A stretch of 64,000 nucleotides of DNA from an uncultured Clostridia bacterium (GCA_947626935.1 CANQUD010000001.1:34089-98088), one strand, 5' to 3'. Counted from the stretch's first letter, positions 29,382 through 38,006 are shown. Made by a program: numbers and translations. The notes: generated from the sequence alone by a model not told the origin.

Positions 29382-30121
29382 GAAAATATCGCCCTCTCCG
29401 CATAAAATTTTTGCAAAAAATCGCTCACTTCGTCCTCGACGTCGCCGAGGCAGTACACAAAGCCCGCGTCCGAGAGCATGATCTCCGTCTCGGTATCTTC
29501 CCGTCCGAAGAGACAGCTTCTTCGGAGAGGCTTGAAATTCTCCCCGAACACCGTCCTGCCCTGCAGATAGACTTTGTTCTTGCTCTCCCCCACGAGGAAG
29601 TCACAGAATTGTTTCAGATCGCTCCCCGAAAAGCCTGCGGGGACATACTCTGCGATGTGCTGCCACTTGTCCTTGATAGCGCCGAGACGGAACGCATACA
29701 GCCCGTCGATGTTGTATTCGGGACCGTCACCCACCTTTCTCGCGATGTATCCCCTGTCTCCCTCGTAATCGGCGGCGATGAGCGCCGCGCAGAGCAGGTC
29801 CTTGTCATGTCCGGAGAGCGCGACGTTGAGTTTTCCGCTCAAAAATCTGAATTTATATCCGATGCCCACGATCTCGGTGAGCAGATCTTTTACAGTCTCC
29901 CGAAGTTCCCCCTCTTCGTCCTCGGCGCGGATGCGAAGGGCGGCGCGTTCTCCCAGCATGAGTTCCTCTGTGCCGCCGATGCGGGCGAGCAGCCCCGAGA
30001 GCGCGTTATACAGATAGGTGATGTAAAGGCTGTTTTCGCCCTGATCGGAAACGGTGATCTCTTCCACGTCATTATTGTATGCGTCTTTTTGCGATTTATT
30101 TACGTTCCGCCCAAGCGGCAT
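29378..30121 (-). CDS. YtxC-like sporulation-associated protein (tentative)
   Basis: This is the 3' 744 nt of the 998-aa ORF, from ATG 30121; the remainder of that ORF is antisense to leuS. Its position immediately upstream of thrS matches Bacillus ytxC. Family assignment is from memory only. Confidence 0.5.
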   Translation of the reverse strand: MPLGRNVNKSQKDAYNNDVEEITVSDQGENSLYITYLYNALSGLLARIGGTEELMLGERAALRIRAEDEEGELRETVKDLLTEIVGIGYKFRFLSGKLNVALSGHDKDLLCAALIAADYEGDRGYIARKVGDGPEYNIDGLYAFRLGAIKDKWQHIAEYVPAGFSGSDLKQFCDFLVGESKNKVYLQGRTVFGENFKPLRRSCLFGREDTETEIMLSDAGFVYCLGDVEDEVSDFLQKFYAERAIFS

Positions 30122-30220
30122 TTGTGCCCAATTTCGCCAAAATCCTGCCAACCGACCGTCAAGAGCTTGACTTTTTCCTCTCTGCAATATAAAATGGTAT
30201 AGATTGGAAGGAGTTAGCTC

Positions 30221-32656
30221 ATGGATATCAAGAAAATCGAAAAAAAGTGGCAGGAGAAGTGGGAAGCGGCGAAGTTCAACCGCTTCGATCCCGCAGACAA
30301 GGAGAGAGAAAAACTCTACGTCCTTGAAATGTTCTCCTATCCCTCGGGCGCAAAGCTGCACATCGGGCATTGGTACAACTACGGTCCCACCGATTCCTAT
30401 GCACGGTTCAAGCGGATGCAGGGCTATAACGTGTTCCAGCCGATGGGCTTTGACGCGTTCGGGCTTCCCGCCGAAAATTACGCCATCAAGACGGGCATCC
30501 ATCCCAAGGATTCCACCCTCAAGAACATCGAGACGATGGAAGGTCAGCTCAAGGCGATGGGCGCCATGTTCGACTGGTCCGCAGAGATCAAGACGTGCAC
30601 CGAAGAGTACTACAAATGGACGCAATGGATGTTCCTGCAGCTCTACAAAAAGGGGCTTGCGTACAGAAAGGAAGCGCCCGTCAACTGGTGTCCTTCCTGC
30701 AACACCGTTCTCGCGAACGAACAGGTCGTGGAAGGCAGGTGCGAGCGCTGTGACTCCCCTGTCGTGCGGAAAAACCTCACGCAGTGGTTCTTCAAGATCA
30801 CGGCGTATGCCGAAGAGCTTCTCTCCGGTCTCGACACGGTCGACTGGCCCGAAAAGACAAAGAATATGCAGCGCAACTGGATCGGCAGGTCCACGGGGTG
30901 CGAGATCGAGTTCGAATGCGAAAACGGGGAAAAATTCAAGGTCTATACCACCCGTTGCGACACGGTGTACGGCGTTACCTATGTCGTGCTCGCGCCCGAA
31001 CATCCTCTCGCCCGCAAACTGACGACCCCCGAACAGCGGGATGCCGTGGAAGCCTACATCGACTATGCTTCCCGCGCCAACGAGATCGAGCGTCTCTCTT
31101 CCACGCGCGAAAAGACGGGCGTGTTTACGGGTTCCTACTGCACCAACCCCGTGACGGGGAAAAAGATCCCGATCTATCTTGCTGATTACGTCCTCTATTC
31201 GTACGGCACGGGCGCGGTGATGGCGGTCCCCGCACACGACGAGAGAGACTTCGCCTTCGCGACGAAATACGGGCTTCCCATCGTCAAAGTCATCGAAAAA
31301 CAGGGCGGAGAGACCATTTTGCCCTTCACCGAGGACGGGATCGTCGCCTGTTCTTCCCCCTTTGACGGACTTGTCGGAGAGGAAGCACGGGAGAAGATCG
31401 CCGCGTGCATCGCCTCGGTCGGCAAGGGCGGAAAGAAGGTCAACTACCGTCTCCGCGACTGGCTCGTCTCCCGCCAGCGGTACTGGGGCGCTCCCATTCC
31501 CGTCATTCACTGCAAAAAGTGCGGTGCGGTGCCCGTTCCCGAAAAGGATCTGCCCGTGAAGCTCCCCTATGACGTGGAATTCCGTCCCGACGGGAAATCT
31601 CCCCTCGCAAAGTGCGAGAAATTCATGAATACGACCTGTCCCAAGTGTGGCGGACAGGCGCTCCGCGATCCCGATACACTCGACACCTTCGTGTGCTCGA
31701 GCTGGTACTATCTCCGCTATGCCGATCCCAAGAACGACAAGGCGCCCTTCGACCGCGAAAAAGTTGACCGTCTTCTGCCCGTCGACGTCTATGTGGGCGG
31801 GGCGGAACACTCGTGCATGCACCTCCTGTACGCCCGTTTTTTCACCAAGGCGCTCCGCGACATGGGATATCTCGACTTCGACGAACCCTTCAAGCGGCTC
31901 GTCCACCAAGGCGTCATTTTGGGTCCCGACGGGAACAGGATGTCGAAATCGCACGGGAATGTCGTCTCGCCCGACGATTATGTCAACGAATACGGCGCCG
32001 ACGCGTTCAGGCTGTACCTGATGTTCGGCTTCTCCTATACCGAGGGCGGACCGTGGAACGACGACGGCATCAAGGCGATCTCCAAGTTCATGGACCGCGT
32101 GGAAAAGCTCGTCAACAGGGCTGCGGGGATCGGGAAAAAGCAGGAACTTCCCTTCGGTGCGGAGGAAAAGGCGCTCAACTACGCCCGCAACTTCAACATC
32201 AAACGGGTCTCCGAGGACATGGAAGCGTTCTCCTTCAACACCGCCATCGCACGGCTCATGGAACTGACGAACGCCCTCTATAAGTACGACGGCTTGACGG
32301 GAGAAAAGAATCTTTGGCTCTTCCGCGAGACCGTCAAGGACCTCGTTCTCCTGCTTGCCCCCTGCGCTCCCCACTTCTGCGAGGAACTCTGGGAGATGCT
32401 GGGCGGAAAGGGATTCGTCTTTGAACAGCCCTTCCCGAAGGAAGATCAGGCGGCGCTCGTGCTCGACGAGAAGGAATACGCCGTGCAGGTGAACAGCAAG
32501 ATCGTCTGCCGCGTCATGATCCCCACCGCCTACTCCGAAAAGGAGATCGAAGAATATGTGCAGACCCTTCCCGAGGTTGCCGAAAAGACTGCGGGGAAAT
32601 CGGTCAAAAAATGTATCGTCGTCCTCGGACGGCTCGTCAACCTGATCGTCGGCTGA
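30221..32656 (+). CDS. leuS: Leucyl-tRNA synthetase
   Basis: HIGH (HIGH/W) and KMSKS (RMSKSHGN) motifs, CP1 editing domain. 811 aa. Confidence 0.97.
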   Translation: MDIKKIEKKWQEKWEAAKFNRFDPADKEREKLYVLEMFSYPSGAKLHIGHWYNYGPTDSYARFKRMQGYNVFQPMGFDAFGLPAENYAIKTGIHPKDSTLKNIETMEGQLKAMGAMFDWSAEIKTCTEEYYKWTQWMFLQLYKKGLAYRKEAPVNWCPSCNTVLANEQVVEGRCERCDSPVVRKNLTQWFFKITAYAEELLSGLDTVDWPEKTKNMQRNWIGRSTGCEIEFECENGEKFKVYTTRCDTVYGVTYVVLAPEHPLARKLTTPEQRDAVEAYIDYASRANEIERLSSTREKTGVFTGSYCTNPVTGKKIPIYLADYVLYSYGTGAVMAVPAHDERDFAFATKYGLPIVKVIEKQGGETILPFTEDGIVACSSPFDGLVGEEAREKIAACIASVGKGGKKVNYRLRDWLVSRQRYWGAPIPVIHCKKCGAVPVPEKDLPVKLPYDVEFRPDGKSPLAKCEKFMNTTCPKCGGQALRDPDTLDTFVCSSWYYLRYADPKNDKAPFDREKVDRLLPVDVYVGGAEHSCMHLLYARFFTKALRDMGYLDFDEPFKRLVHQGVILGPDGNRMSKSHGNVVSPDDYVNEYGADAFRLYLMFGFSYTEGGPWNDDGIKAISKFMDRVEKLVNRAAGIGKKQELPFGAEEKALNYARNFNIKRVSEDMEAFSFNTAIARLMELTNALYKYDGLTGEKNLWLFRETVKDLVLLLAPCAPHFCEELWEMLGGKGFVFEQPFPKEDQAALVLDEKEYAVQVNSKIVCRVMIPTAYSEKEIEEYVQTLPEVAEKTAGKSVKKCIVVLGRLVNLIVG

Positions 32657-32670
32657 CCGAAATAAAAACG

Positions 32671-32696
32671 AAACCGCCGAATTTCAGGCGGTTTTT
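32671..32696 (+). terminator. leuS rho-independent terminator
   Basis: AAACCGCC-gaatttca-GGCGGTTT followed by TTT. Confidence 0.8.
32682..32696 (+). repeat. Left direct repeat of the islet (part of the leuS terminator)
   Basis: TTTCAGGCGGTTTTT, identical to 34955-34969. Confidence 0.8.
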
Positions 32697-32806
32697 ATAG
32701 GGATTTAGAATTAAGCGGTTTGGCGGTTAGTCAAACCGCATTTTCGTACCGCAAAAGCGGGCGAACGTTTCTTTTGAGGGGGAGCAGGATAGGGATTGCA
32801 GGGAAA

Positions 32807-32938
32807 TTATTTTTTCTTTTTCGGTGCTCCGTTGTTTTTTTCGTAGTATGCCGCAATCGCAGCCTTTTGCTTTTTCCGTGCCTCGGGCGTTTTGGCTTTT
32901 ACATAGTTGCTTTTCTTTTTTTCTTTATTAAAGAACAT
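32807..32938 (-). CDS. Possible 43-aa lysine-rich small protein
   Basis: MFFNKEKKKSNYVKAKTPEARKKQKAAIAAYYEKNNGAPKKKK. The ATG overlaps the last codons of the upstream 255-aa gene in another frame. It is below the ORF-track length cut-off. Confidence 0.3.
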   Translation of the reverse strand: MFFNKEKKKSNYVKAKTPEARKKQKAAIAAYYEKNNGAPKKKK

Positions 32939-33695
32939 CTTGTTCGCCCTCCATGCTTATGACCGCTTCAAAGTCGCATTCGTCACAGTAAGCCTGCAAC
33001 TGCTCTATCAGTCTCTTACTCGGCTTGAATTTTTGTTTGATGATATATCCGTCTTGCATATCACATAGCGGCGTTGCCATGATTTTTTTCTCGTTGATAT
33101 CATAGAATACGCAAAAATTGTCCGAATTCATCCAATATCCGTAAAAATAATCAAAAGCAAAAATCTTGTGCCGTTCATTTGTAGATCGGCTTCTGAAATA
33201 AAGGATATGGTGCGAACAGCAAGCGTTCGAAAATACATCCAGCTCGCCGTCGAAAACCAATGTCTCTCGTTTGTATAATGGCAACATGCAGTATTCGTTC
33301 AGCAGTCCGCGAATATAAACGGATAGTTCTTGCGCCGTTAACATGATTTCCGACGTCTCTATTTCATCAAAGACGGAAATGTTTTCTTTTGAAGGACGTA
33401 TCCAGATAGATTCACCCAATTCGCCTAAATTTTCATCATTGAAATACACCCTGTCAATCACGGTGTTTACGGCGTGATAGATGTTTTCACTGTCTGCTCG
33501 ATTATATTCGTCTTTTAATATATTCTCGATTTGGCTGCGTCTTTCCTTGCGCACTTCCACAAGCGTGGGGATGAGCTTGTTCAAAAGCGCATTTTTATTT
33601 GATTTGCCGTTTTTGATGAATTTGAAGCGCAGCGCGTCGATTTCCAAAATGTTCGCCACAAAGGACGAAACCTTCACCTTGATTTTGTCGTTCAT
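32928..33695 (-). CDS. Islet protein: putative ribbon-helix-helix (RHH) N-terminus plus WYL-like C-terminal domain (tentative regulator)
   Basis: 255 aa with an AGGAGTGA SD. The N-terminus IKVKVSSFVANILEIDALRF...NALLNKLIPTLVE fits a strand-helix-helix pattern. The C-terminal ILYFRSRSTNERHKIFAFDYFYGYWMNSDNFCVFYDINEKKIMATPLCDMQD resembles a WYL domain. Confidence 0.6.
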   Translation of the reverse strand: MNDKIKVKVSSFVANILEIDALRFKFIKNGKSNKNALLNKLIPTLVEVRKERRSQIENILKDEYNRADSENIYHAVNTVIDRVYFNDENLGELGESIWIRPSKENISVFDEIETSEIMLTAQELSVYIRGLLNEYCMLPLYKRETLVFDGELDVFSNACCSHHILYFRSRSTNERHKIFAFDYFYGYWMNSDNFCVFYDINEKKIMATPLCDMQDGYIIKQKFKPSKRLIEQLQAYCDECDFEAVISMEGEQDVL

Positions 33696-33715
33696 TCGGT
33701 CACTCCTATGATTAA

Positions 33716-33744
33716 ATTATACAAACTGTCTACCAAAATGTCAA
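33716..33744 (-). promoter_or_regulatory. Consensus promoter for the 255-aa islet gene
   Basis: Minus strand reads TTGACA, 17 nt, TATAAT. A GGTAGACA half-site sits in the spacer. Confidence 0.7.
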
Positions 33745-33771
33745 GAAAATTCCGATAAACAATCAATATTG

Positions 33772-33799
33772 TCTACCGTAAAATTATGAATACGGTAGA
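33772..33799. promoter_or_regulatory. Inverted-repeat operator between the divergent islet promoters
   Basis: TCTACCGTA, 10 nt, TACGGTAGA is a perfect 9-bp inverted repeat. A third GTCTACC copy lies at 33728-33734. Confidence 0.6.
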
Positions 33800-33809
33800 T
33801 AGAATTTTG

Positions 33810-33838
33810 TTGAATTACAAGATTTTTCCTGCTATAAT
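33810..33838 (+). promoter_or_regulatory. Promoter for the toxin-like / acidic gene pair
   Basis: TTGAAT, 17 nt, TATAAT. Confidence 0.7.
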
Positions 33839-33858
33839 ATAAATGCAGGTGGAGCGAA

Positions 33859-34275
33859 ATGCGATATCACTTGACAAAATTTATGCGAGGTATTAAAATG
33901 AGCATAGTTGGTTTTTTGCTCAAGCCGAAAAAGGAAATGGCGAAAAAAGATACGCGGTATGTAAAGGTCGGTAAATACTATCTAACTTCCCATGCACAAA
34001 ATCGGATCGTTCAAAGGGAAAGGACTATGGATAAAGTCGATGTTTTGGACAATCTGTTTACAAAGCCCAATGCCATTACACAAATAAAATACAATAAGAA
34101 TGGAAAACCCTCATATGACCGTGTGGGCAAGAGAATTACGACAAGTATCAATCCAACTAACAACAATGTTGCGACTTGCCGCCCCGTAAGCAAAAAAGAG
34201 ATGAAACAATTCGGCTTGACCGATGTCGGAAAAGGAGGAAAAAGGAAATATGTTAAGCAAAAGTTTGGAAAGTAA
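33859..34275 (+). CDS. Basic islet protein, DUF4258/BrnT-like RNase-toxin candidate (tentative)
   Basis: 138 aa, very Lys/Arg-rich. The motif YYLTSHAQNRIVQRERTMDKVDVLDNL matches the H-A-x-x-R-x-x-x-R pattern I associate with DUF4258-type toxins. GGTGGAG SD. An alternative start is at 33898. Confidence 0.6.
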   Translation: MRYHLTKFMRGIKMSIVGFLLKPKKEMAKKDTRYVKVGKYYLTSHAQNRIVQRERTMDKVDVLDNLFTKPNAITQIKYNKNGKPSYDRVGKRITTSINPTNNNVATCRPVSKKEMKQFGLTDVGKGGKRKYVKQKFGK

Positions 34276-34525
34276 ATTCACGCCGAGAGCAAAAGAAGAG
34301 GCTAAAAAACTTTTAGCCGAAATGAATATAACGGAGTTGAACGACGACAATCTCTATGAGGTTGAAGTTGAGCTTGACACAAGGGTAAACGGATTGGTAA
34401 CGATGGATGAAAGTGAACACCAACCGATAGATCATGAACTCTTGGAGATCTACGATACACTGACGGATATTATTCTGGAGCACGAAGAAGAGATCGATTT
34501 CCTGAACAGGCTGTTTTTGGAATAA
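34250..34525 (+). CDS. Acidic islet protein, antitoxin/immunity candidate
   Basis: 91 aa, Glu/Asp-rich. AAGGAGG SD. The ATG lies 26 nt inside the preceding gene. Confidence 0.55.
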   Translation: MLSKSLESKFTPRAKEEAKKLLAEMNITELNDDNLYEVEVELDTRVNGLVTMDESEHQPIDHELLEIYDTLTDIILEHEEEIDFLNRLFLE

Positions 34526-34567
34526 AAGAAAAAGGGAACAGAGCGGTAGCAAAAAAAATCGGGGTGA

Positions 34568-34819
34568 ATCCTGGGAACGACAAAGGTTAAGTTTTCACAG
34601 TCGGCGGTTGATTTTATTGCGAAGTATAAGATCGAAGAGTTTGGAATAATGGGCGAAATCAACGAAGATATGTTTTATAACATTATATGCTACGCCCGAC
34701 GACTACGATTCCTTTTTGCAACCCATGAGATTGACCCACAAATCGTTTTTGACGAAGAAACATCCAAAGCGGCAGGTGAATTTACAGCGGAATACGACAG
34801 TGTGGTTTTAAGGGACTAG
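34568..34819 (+). pseudogene. Open frame without a good start (first ATG at 34649); possible gene remnant or 56-aa acidic protein
   Basis: 84 stop-free codons begin right after a TGA. KVKFSQSAVDFIAKYKIEEFGIMGEINEDMFYNIICY... reads like coding sequence upstream of the first ATG. Confidence 0.3.
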
Positions 34820-34954
34820 ATGTTTGACTTGGATGACCTTAACCGCCGTTTGGAATTGCGGAAAACGAATTAACTTCCTTGACTCGCCCAGTCGTCTGTA
34901 AGGTGTATTCCTATATTAAATTAAGATTTTGTTTGATCCCCTATGCACCCCCGC

Positions 34955-34969
34955 TTTCAGGCGGTTTTT
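34955..34969 (+). repeat. Right direct repeat of the islet
   Basis: TTTCAGGCGGTTTTT, preceded by a degenerate copy of the terminator's left arm (CCCCCGC). Confidence 0.8.
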
Positions 34970-34979
34970 TTTGTGTTTT

Positions 34980-35007
34980 CATAGTATTATGCCACGCATA
35001 GTACTAT
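34980..35007. repeat. Quasi-palindromic dispersed element, two 17-nt units, 10 nt from the islet's right direct repeat
   Basis: CATAGTATTATGCCACG CATAGTACTAT. Confidence 0.8.
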
Positions 35008-35047
35008 TAAAAAGGTCAAATTTCGAGTCAAAAAGGGCGGTTTTCGG

Positions 35048-35908
35048 TCAATTCCCTCTCATCGAGCGGATGATGTGTTCGGCATAGAGGCGGGCGATGT
35101 TGACGCCCGTGACCCGTTCGATCCCGCCGAAAAAGGCGTTGGAGTTGACCTCACAGACGAGAAAACCCTTCTCGCCGAACAGAAGATCGACGCCGCAGTA
35201 ATCGAGTCCCATGACAGAGGTGACTTTCTCGCAGAGAACTCTTCCCTCTTCGCCGATGTCGAAGGGTTCTCCCCTTCCGCCCTGTTCGATGTTGGAACGG
35301 AAGTCTGTGTCGGAGACCCGTTTCATGCTTGCGGCGACCTTGCCGCCGATGCAGATGACGCGCACGTCCCTTCCCGCGCTCGTCCCGATAAACTCCTGAT
35401 AGAGATGCGGACGGAGCTTGAGCGTGTCGCAGAGGGTGTCCAGCTCCTCTCTCGTCTCGGCGAGATAGACTTGCTGCCCGAGAGAGCCGTAACATTCCTT
35501 GACGACGAGCGGGTACTTCTCCCATGCGAAGCCGCCCGTTTTCGCCTCTTCCTTGTAACAGAGCGGCGCGGGGAAGGTCTTGGGCATGGGAATGCCGTGC
35601 CCCGAGAGCGTGATGTGCGTCAGCATCTTGTCGTCGCACAGTTCTACCGCTTCCGCACGGTCGAAGAGACGCATCCCCCGCTTCTCAAGCATGCGGGGGG
35701 CGTACTTGTCCTTGTCGAGATAGATGCAGAGATCGTACCGCGCGGAGAGTTCTTCGGCGATATTTCCCCCGTCGATCCATGCCGTGCGGATATTTTGGAC
35801 GATGTCGCAGGAAACGCCGAGCTTCTCCAACTCTTCCTTGAGGCGTTTGGGCTGGTAAAGTTCGGAGTCCCGATCGAGATAGGGATTGATGAGAATGACC
35901 GCTTTCAT
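35048..35908 (-). CDS. RimK-family ATP-grasp ligase
   Basis: Start at ATG 35908 (MKAVILINPY). ATP-grasp blocks PLVVKECYGSLGQQVYL, RVICIGGKV and GVDLLF...VCEVNSN. Confidence 0.65.
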   Translation of the reverse strand: MKAVILINPYLDRDSELYQPKRLKEELEKLGVSCDIVQNIRTAWIDGGNIAEELSARYDLCIYLDKDKYAPRMLEKRGMRLFDRAEAVELCDDKMLTHITLSGHGIPMPKTFPAPLCYKEEAKTGGFAWEKYPLVVKECYGSLGQQVYLAETREELDTLCDTLKLRPHLYQEFIGTSAGRDVRVICIGGKVAASMKRVSDTDFRSNIEQGGRGEPFDIGEEGRVLCEKVTSVMGLDYCGVDLLFGEKGFLVCEVNSNAFFGGIERVTGVNIARLYAEHIIRSMRGN

Positions 35909-35949
35909 AGAAAATACGGGGCGCAGGTGCGCCCCGTTCCTTTTTTTGA

Positions 35950-37227
35950 TCAGGATAAGACCCGAATGACAGACTCGACCTTGGCAAGTTCGGTCGAATC
36001 GATGCGGGAAACGGCGGCTTTGACCGCCTCTTCGTGGGTGGTATGGGTGACGAGAACGACCGTGGCGCATTCCTCGTCGCAAGACTTCTGGAGAAGTTCG
36101 ACGATGGAGATGTTGTTCTTCGCAAAGAGCGCCGTGATCTTGGCAAGGGCGCCCGCGCGGTCGGTCACGGTCAGGCGGAGATAGTATGCGCTCTCGAAAT
36201 CGGAGACGAATCTGACGTCCTTCTCCGCCGTAGCGTTGTTTTTGAAGGTGGAATATCTGTTTCCGTCGTGGGTCGCGGCATAGATGATGTCGGAGACGAT
36301 GGCGCTGCCCGTGGGAAGTTCGCCCGCGCCTCTGCCGTAGAGCATGACTTCGCCCACGGAGTCGCCCGTAAGGTATACGGCGTTGAAACTGCCGTCTACG
36401 CCCGCGAGCGGATGATTCTTCTTGACGAATGTCGGGTGGACGCGGACTTCGATGCCGTGGTCCGTCTCTTTCCCGACGGCGAGGAGCTTGAGCGTGTAGC
36501 CGAGTTCGCTGCCGTTTGCGATGTCCTCGCGGGTGACGCCCGAAATGCCCTCACGGAACACTTTGGCGAAGGGAACTTTCGTATGGAAGGCAAGGGAAGA
36601 GAGAATGGAGAGCTTGTAGGCGGCGTCGAACCCCTCGACGTCGGCGGAAGGGTCCGCCTCCGCATAGCCGAGCTTCTTTGCCTCGGCGAGTGCGTCCTCA
36701 TAGCTCATGCCGTCCTTTGCCATGCGGGTCAGGATGTAGTTGGTCGTGCCGTTGATGATGCCTTGGATGGAAGAGATCCTGTTCGACTGCACGCCGTCCA
36801 AGAGCGTCCTGATGATGGGAACGCCGCCGACGCAGCTTGCCTCGAAATAGAGTCCGACGTTCGTGCGCTTTGCCGCCCGCTCGAGTTCATGGGAGAATTT
36901 GCAGAACAGCTCCTTGTTGGATGTCACGACCGTTTTGCCCGCATTCAGCGCGTCCAAAACGTACCCTTTCGCGTCCGAAATGCCGCCGATACATTCCACG
37001 ACGATGTTGACGTCGGGATTGGAGACGACTTCGAACACGTTTGAGGCGACGATCTCCTTGGGGACGCCGACCTCCTCGACGCGGGATGCGTTCGATTCCA
37101 GAACACAGATGACTTCGATGTCTACATTCTGGGTGTTGCGGTAGAACTCCCTGTGCTCCGTGAGGATCTTGTAAGTTCCGCCGCCCACGACGCCTAACCC
37201 GAGGATCGCCACTCCGACCTTTTTCAT
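35950..37227 (-). CDS. hom: Homoserine dehydrogenase with C-terminal ACT domain
   Basis: MKKVGVAILGLGVVGGG Rossmann motif. The ATG forms an ATGA overlap with the coaX stop. GGAGGAAGG SD. Confidence 0.92.
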   Translation of the reverse strand: MKKVGVAILGLGVVGGGTYKILTEHREFYRNTQNVDIEVICVLESNASRVEEVGVPKEIVASNVFEVVSNPDVNIVVECIGGISDAKGYVLDALNAGKTVVTSNKELFCKFSHELERAAKRTNVGLYFEASCVGGVPIIRTLLDGVQSNRISSIQGIINGTTNYILTRMAKDGMSYEDALAEAKKLGYAEADPSADVEGFDAAYKLSILSSLAFHTKVPFAKVFREGISGVTREDIANGSELGYTLKLLAVGKETDHGIEVRVHPTFVKKNHPLAGVDGSFNAVYLTGDSVGEVMLYGRGAGELPTGSAIVSDIIYAATHDGNRYSTFKNNATAEKDVRFVSDFESAYYLRLTVTDRAGALAKITALFAKNNISIVELLQKSCDEECATVVLVTHTTHEEAVKAAVSRIDSTELAKVESVIRVLS

Positions 37228-38006
37228 TTTCCTTCCTCCGAACAATTCATATCGTATAAGTATTTTAATCCGTTGAGCGTGAGCATCTTATCGATGACGT
37301 CGATGCAGCCCGTTTCCCTCGCAATGACCTCGGAAAAGCCGCCCGTCGCGATCGTGAGAACTTCTTCCTTCAGCTCTCTTTTGATCTTCTTGACGATATA
37401 TTCCACAAGTCCCGCAAAGCCGAACACGATGCCCGCCTGCATGTTGGTGACGGTGTTTGTCGCGATGACGCTCTTGGGCGCCTCGATCTCCACGCGGGGA
37501 AGCTTGGCGGTGCCCGAGACGAGACTGTCGAGGGAACCCTTGATCCCCGGTGCGATGACGCCGCCGATGAATTCCCCGTCCTTTAAGACGTTGAAGGTCG
37601 TCGCCGTGCCGAAGTCGACGATGACGATGGGCTTTGCCGTTCCGTACTTCCTGAGTGCGGAGACGTTGTTGACGATGCGGTCCGCCCCGACTTCCCTTGC
37701 GTTGTCGGCACGCATTTTGAGTCCCGTTTTCAGCCCCGGGGCGATCTGCTTGGGCACGACGCCGAAGTAGACGCGGAGCATGTGCTCGATGGTATAGTCG
37801 AGGGACGGAACGACGGAAGAGATGATCCCGCCCGTGATCGCTTCCCTCTCCACGGCGTTGATGTGCAGCATCGTGATGAGCTGGACGCCGTATTCGTCGG
37901 ACGTCTTTTTGAGATCGGTCGCGACGCGGAAGGTGAAGCGGGGTTCGTCCCCGTCAAACACGGCATATTTTATGTTGGAATTGCCGACATCTATGCAGAT
38001 GATCAC
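37224..38006 (-). CDS. coaX: Type III pantothenate kinase
   Basis: MIICIDVGNSNIKYAVF, DRIVN and GTATTF motifs. Confidence 0.93.
   Translation of the reverse strand: MIICIDVGNSNIKYAVFDGDEPRFTFRVATDLKKTSDEYGVQLITMLHINAVEREAITGGIISSVVPSLDYTIEHMLRVYFGVVPKQIAPGLKTGLKMRADNAREVGADRIVNNVSALRKYGTAKPIVIVDFGTATTFNVLKDGEFIGGVIAPGIKGSLDSLVSGTAKLPRVEIEAPKSVIATNTVTNMQAGIVFGFAGLVEYIVKKIKRELKEEVLTIATGGFSEVIARETGCIDVIDKMLTLNGLKYLYDMNCSEEGK

Larger units (their letters stand above)
32697..34954. mobile_element. AT-rich ~2.3-kb islet inserted at the leuS terminator; no recombinase gene visible
   Basis: Flanked by the exact 15-nt direct repeat TTTCAGGCGGTTTTT. Sampled lines are ~32% GC inside versus ~60% outside. 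Gene content is unrelated to the neighbours. Confidence 0.55.

Noticed and set aside
30122-30220. T-box leader for leuS (also looked for upstream of tyrS and asnS)
   Set aside because: The leuS upstream gap is only ~100 nt, and none of the three regions has a GGUGGNACCGCG motif.
30122-32374. Upstream two-thirds of the 998-aa minus-strand ORF
   Set aside because: It is antisense to leuS and has shadow-frame composition. Only the last 744 nt (29378-30121, from an internal ATG) lie outside leuS and read like a real protein.
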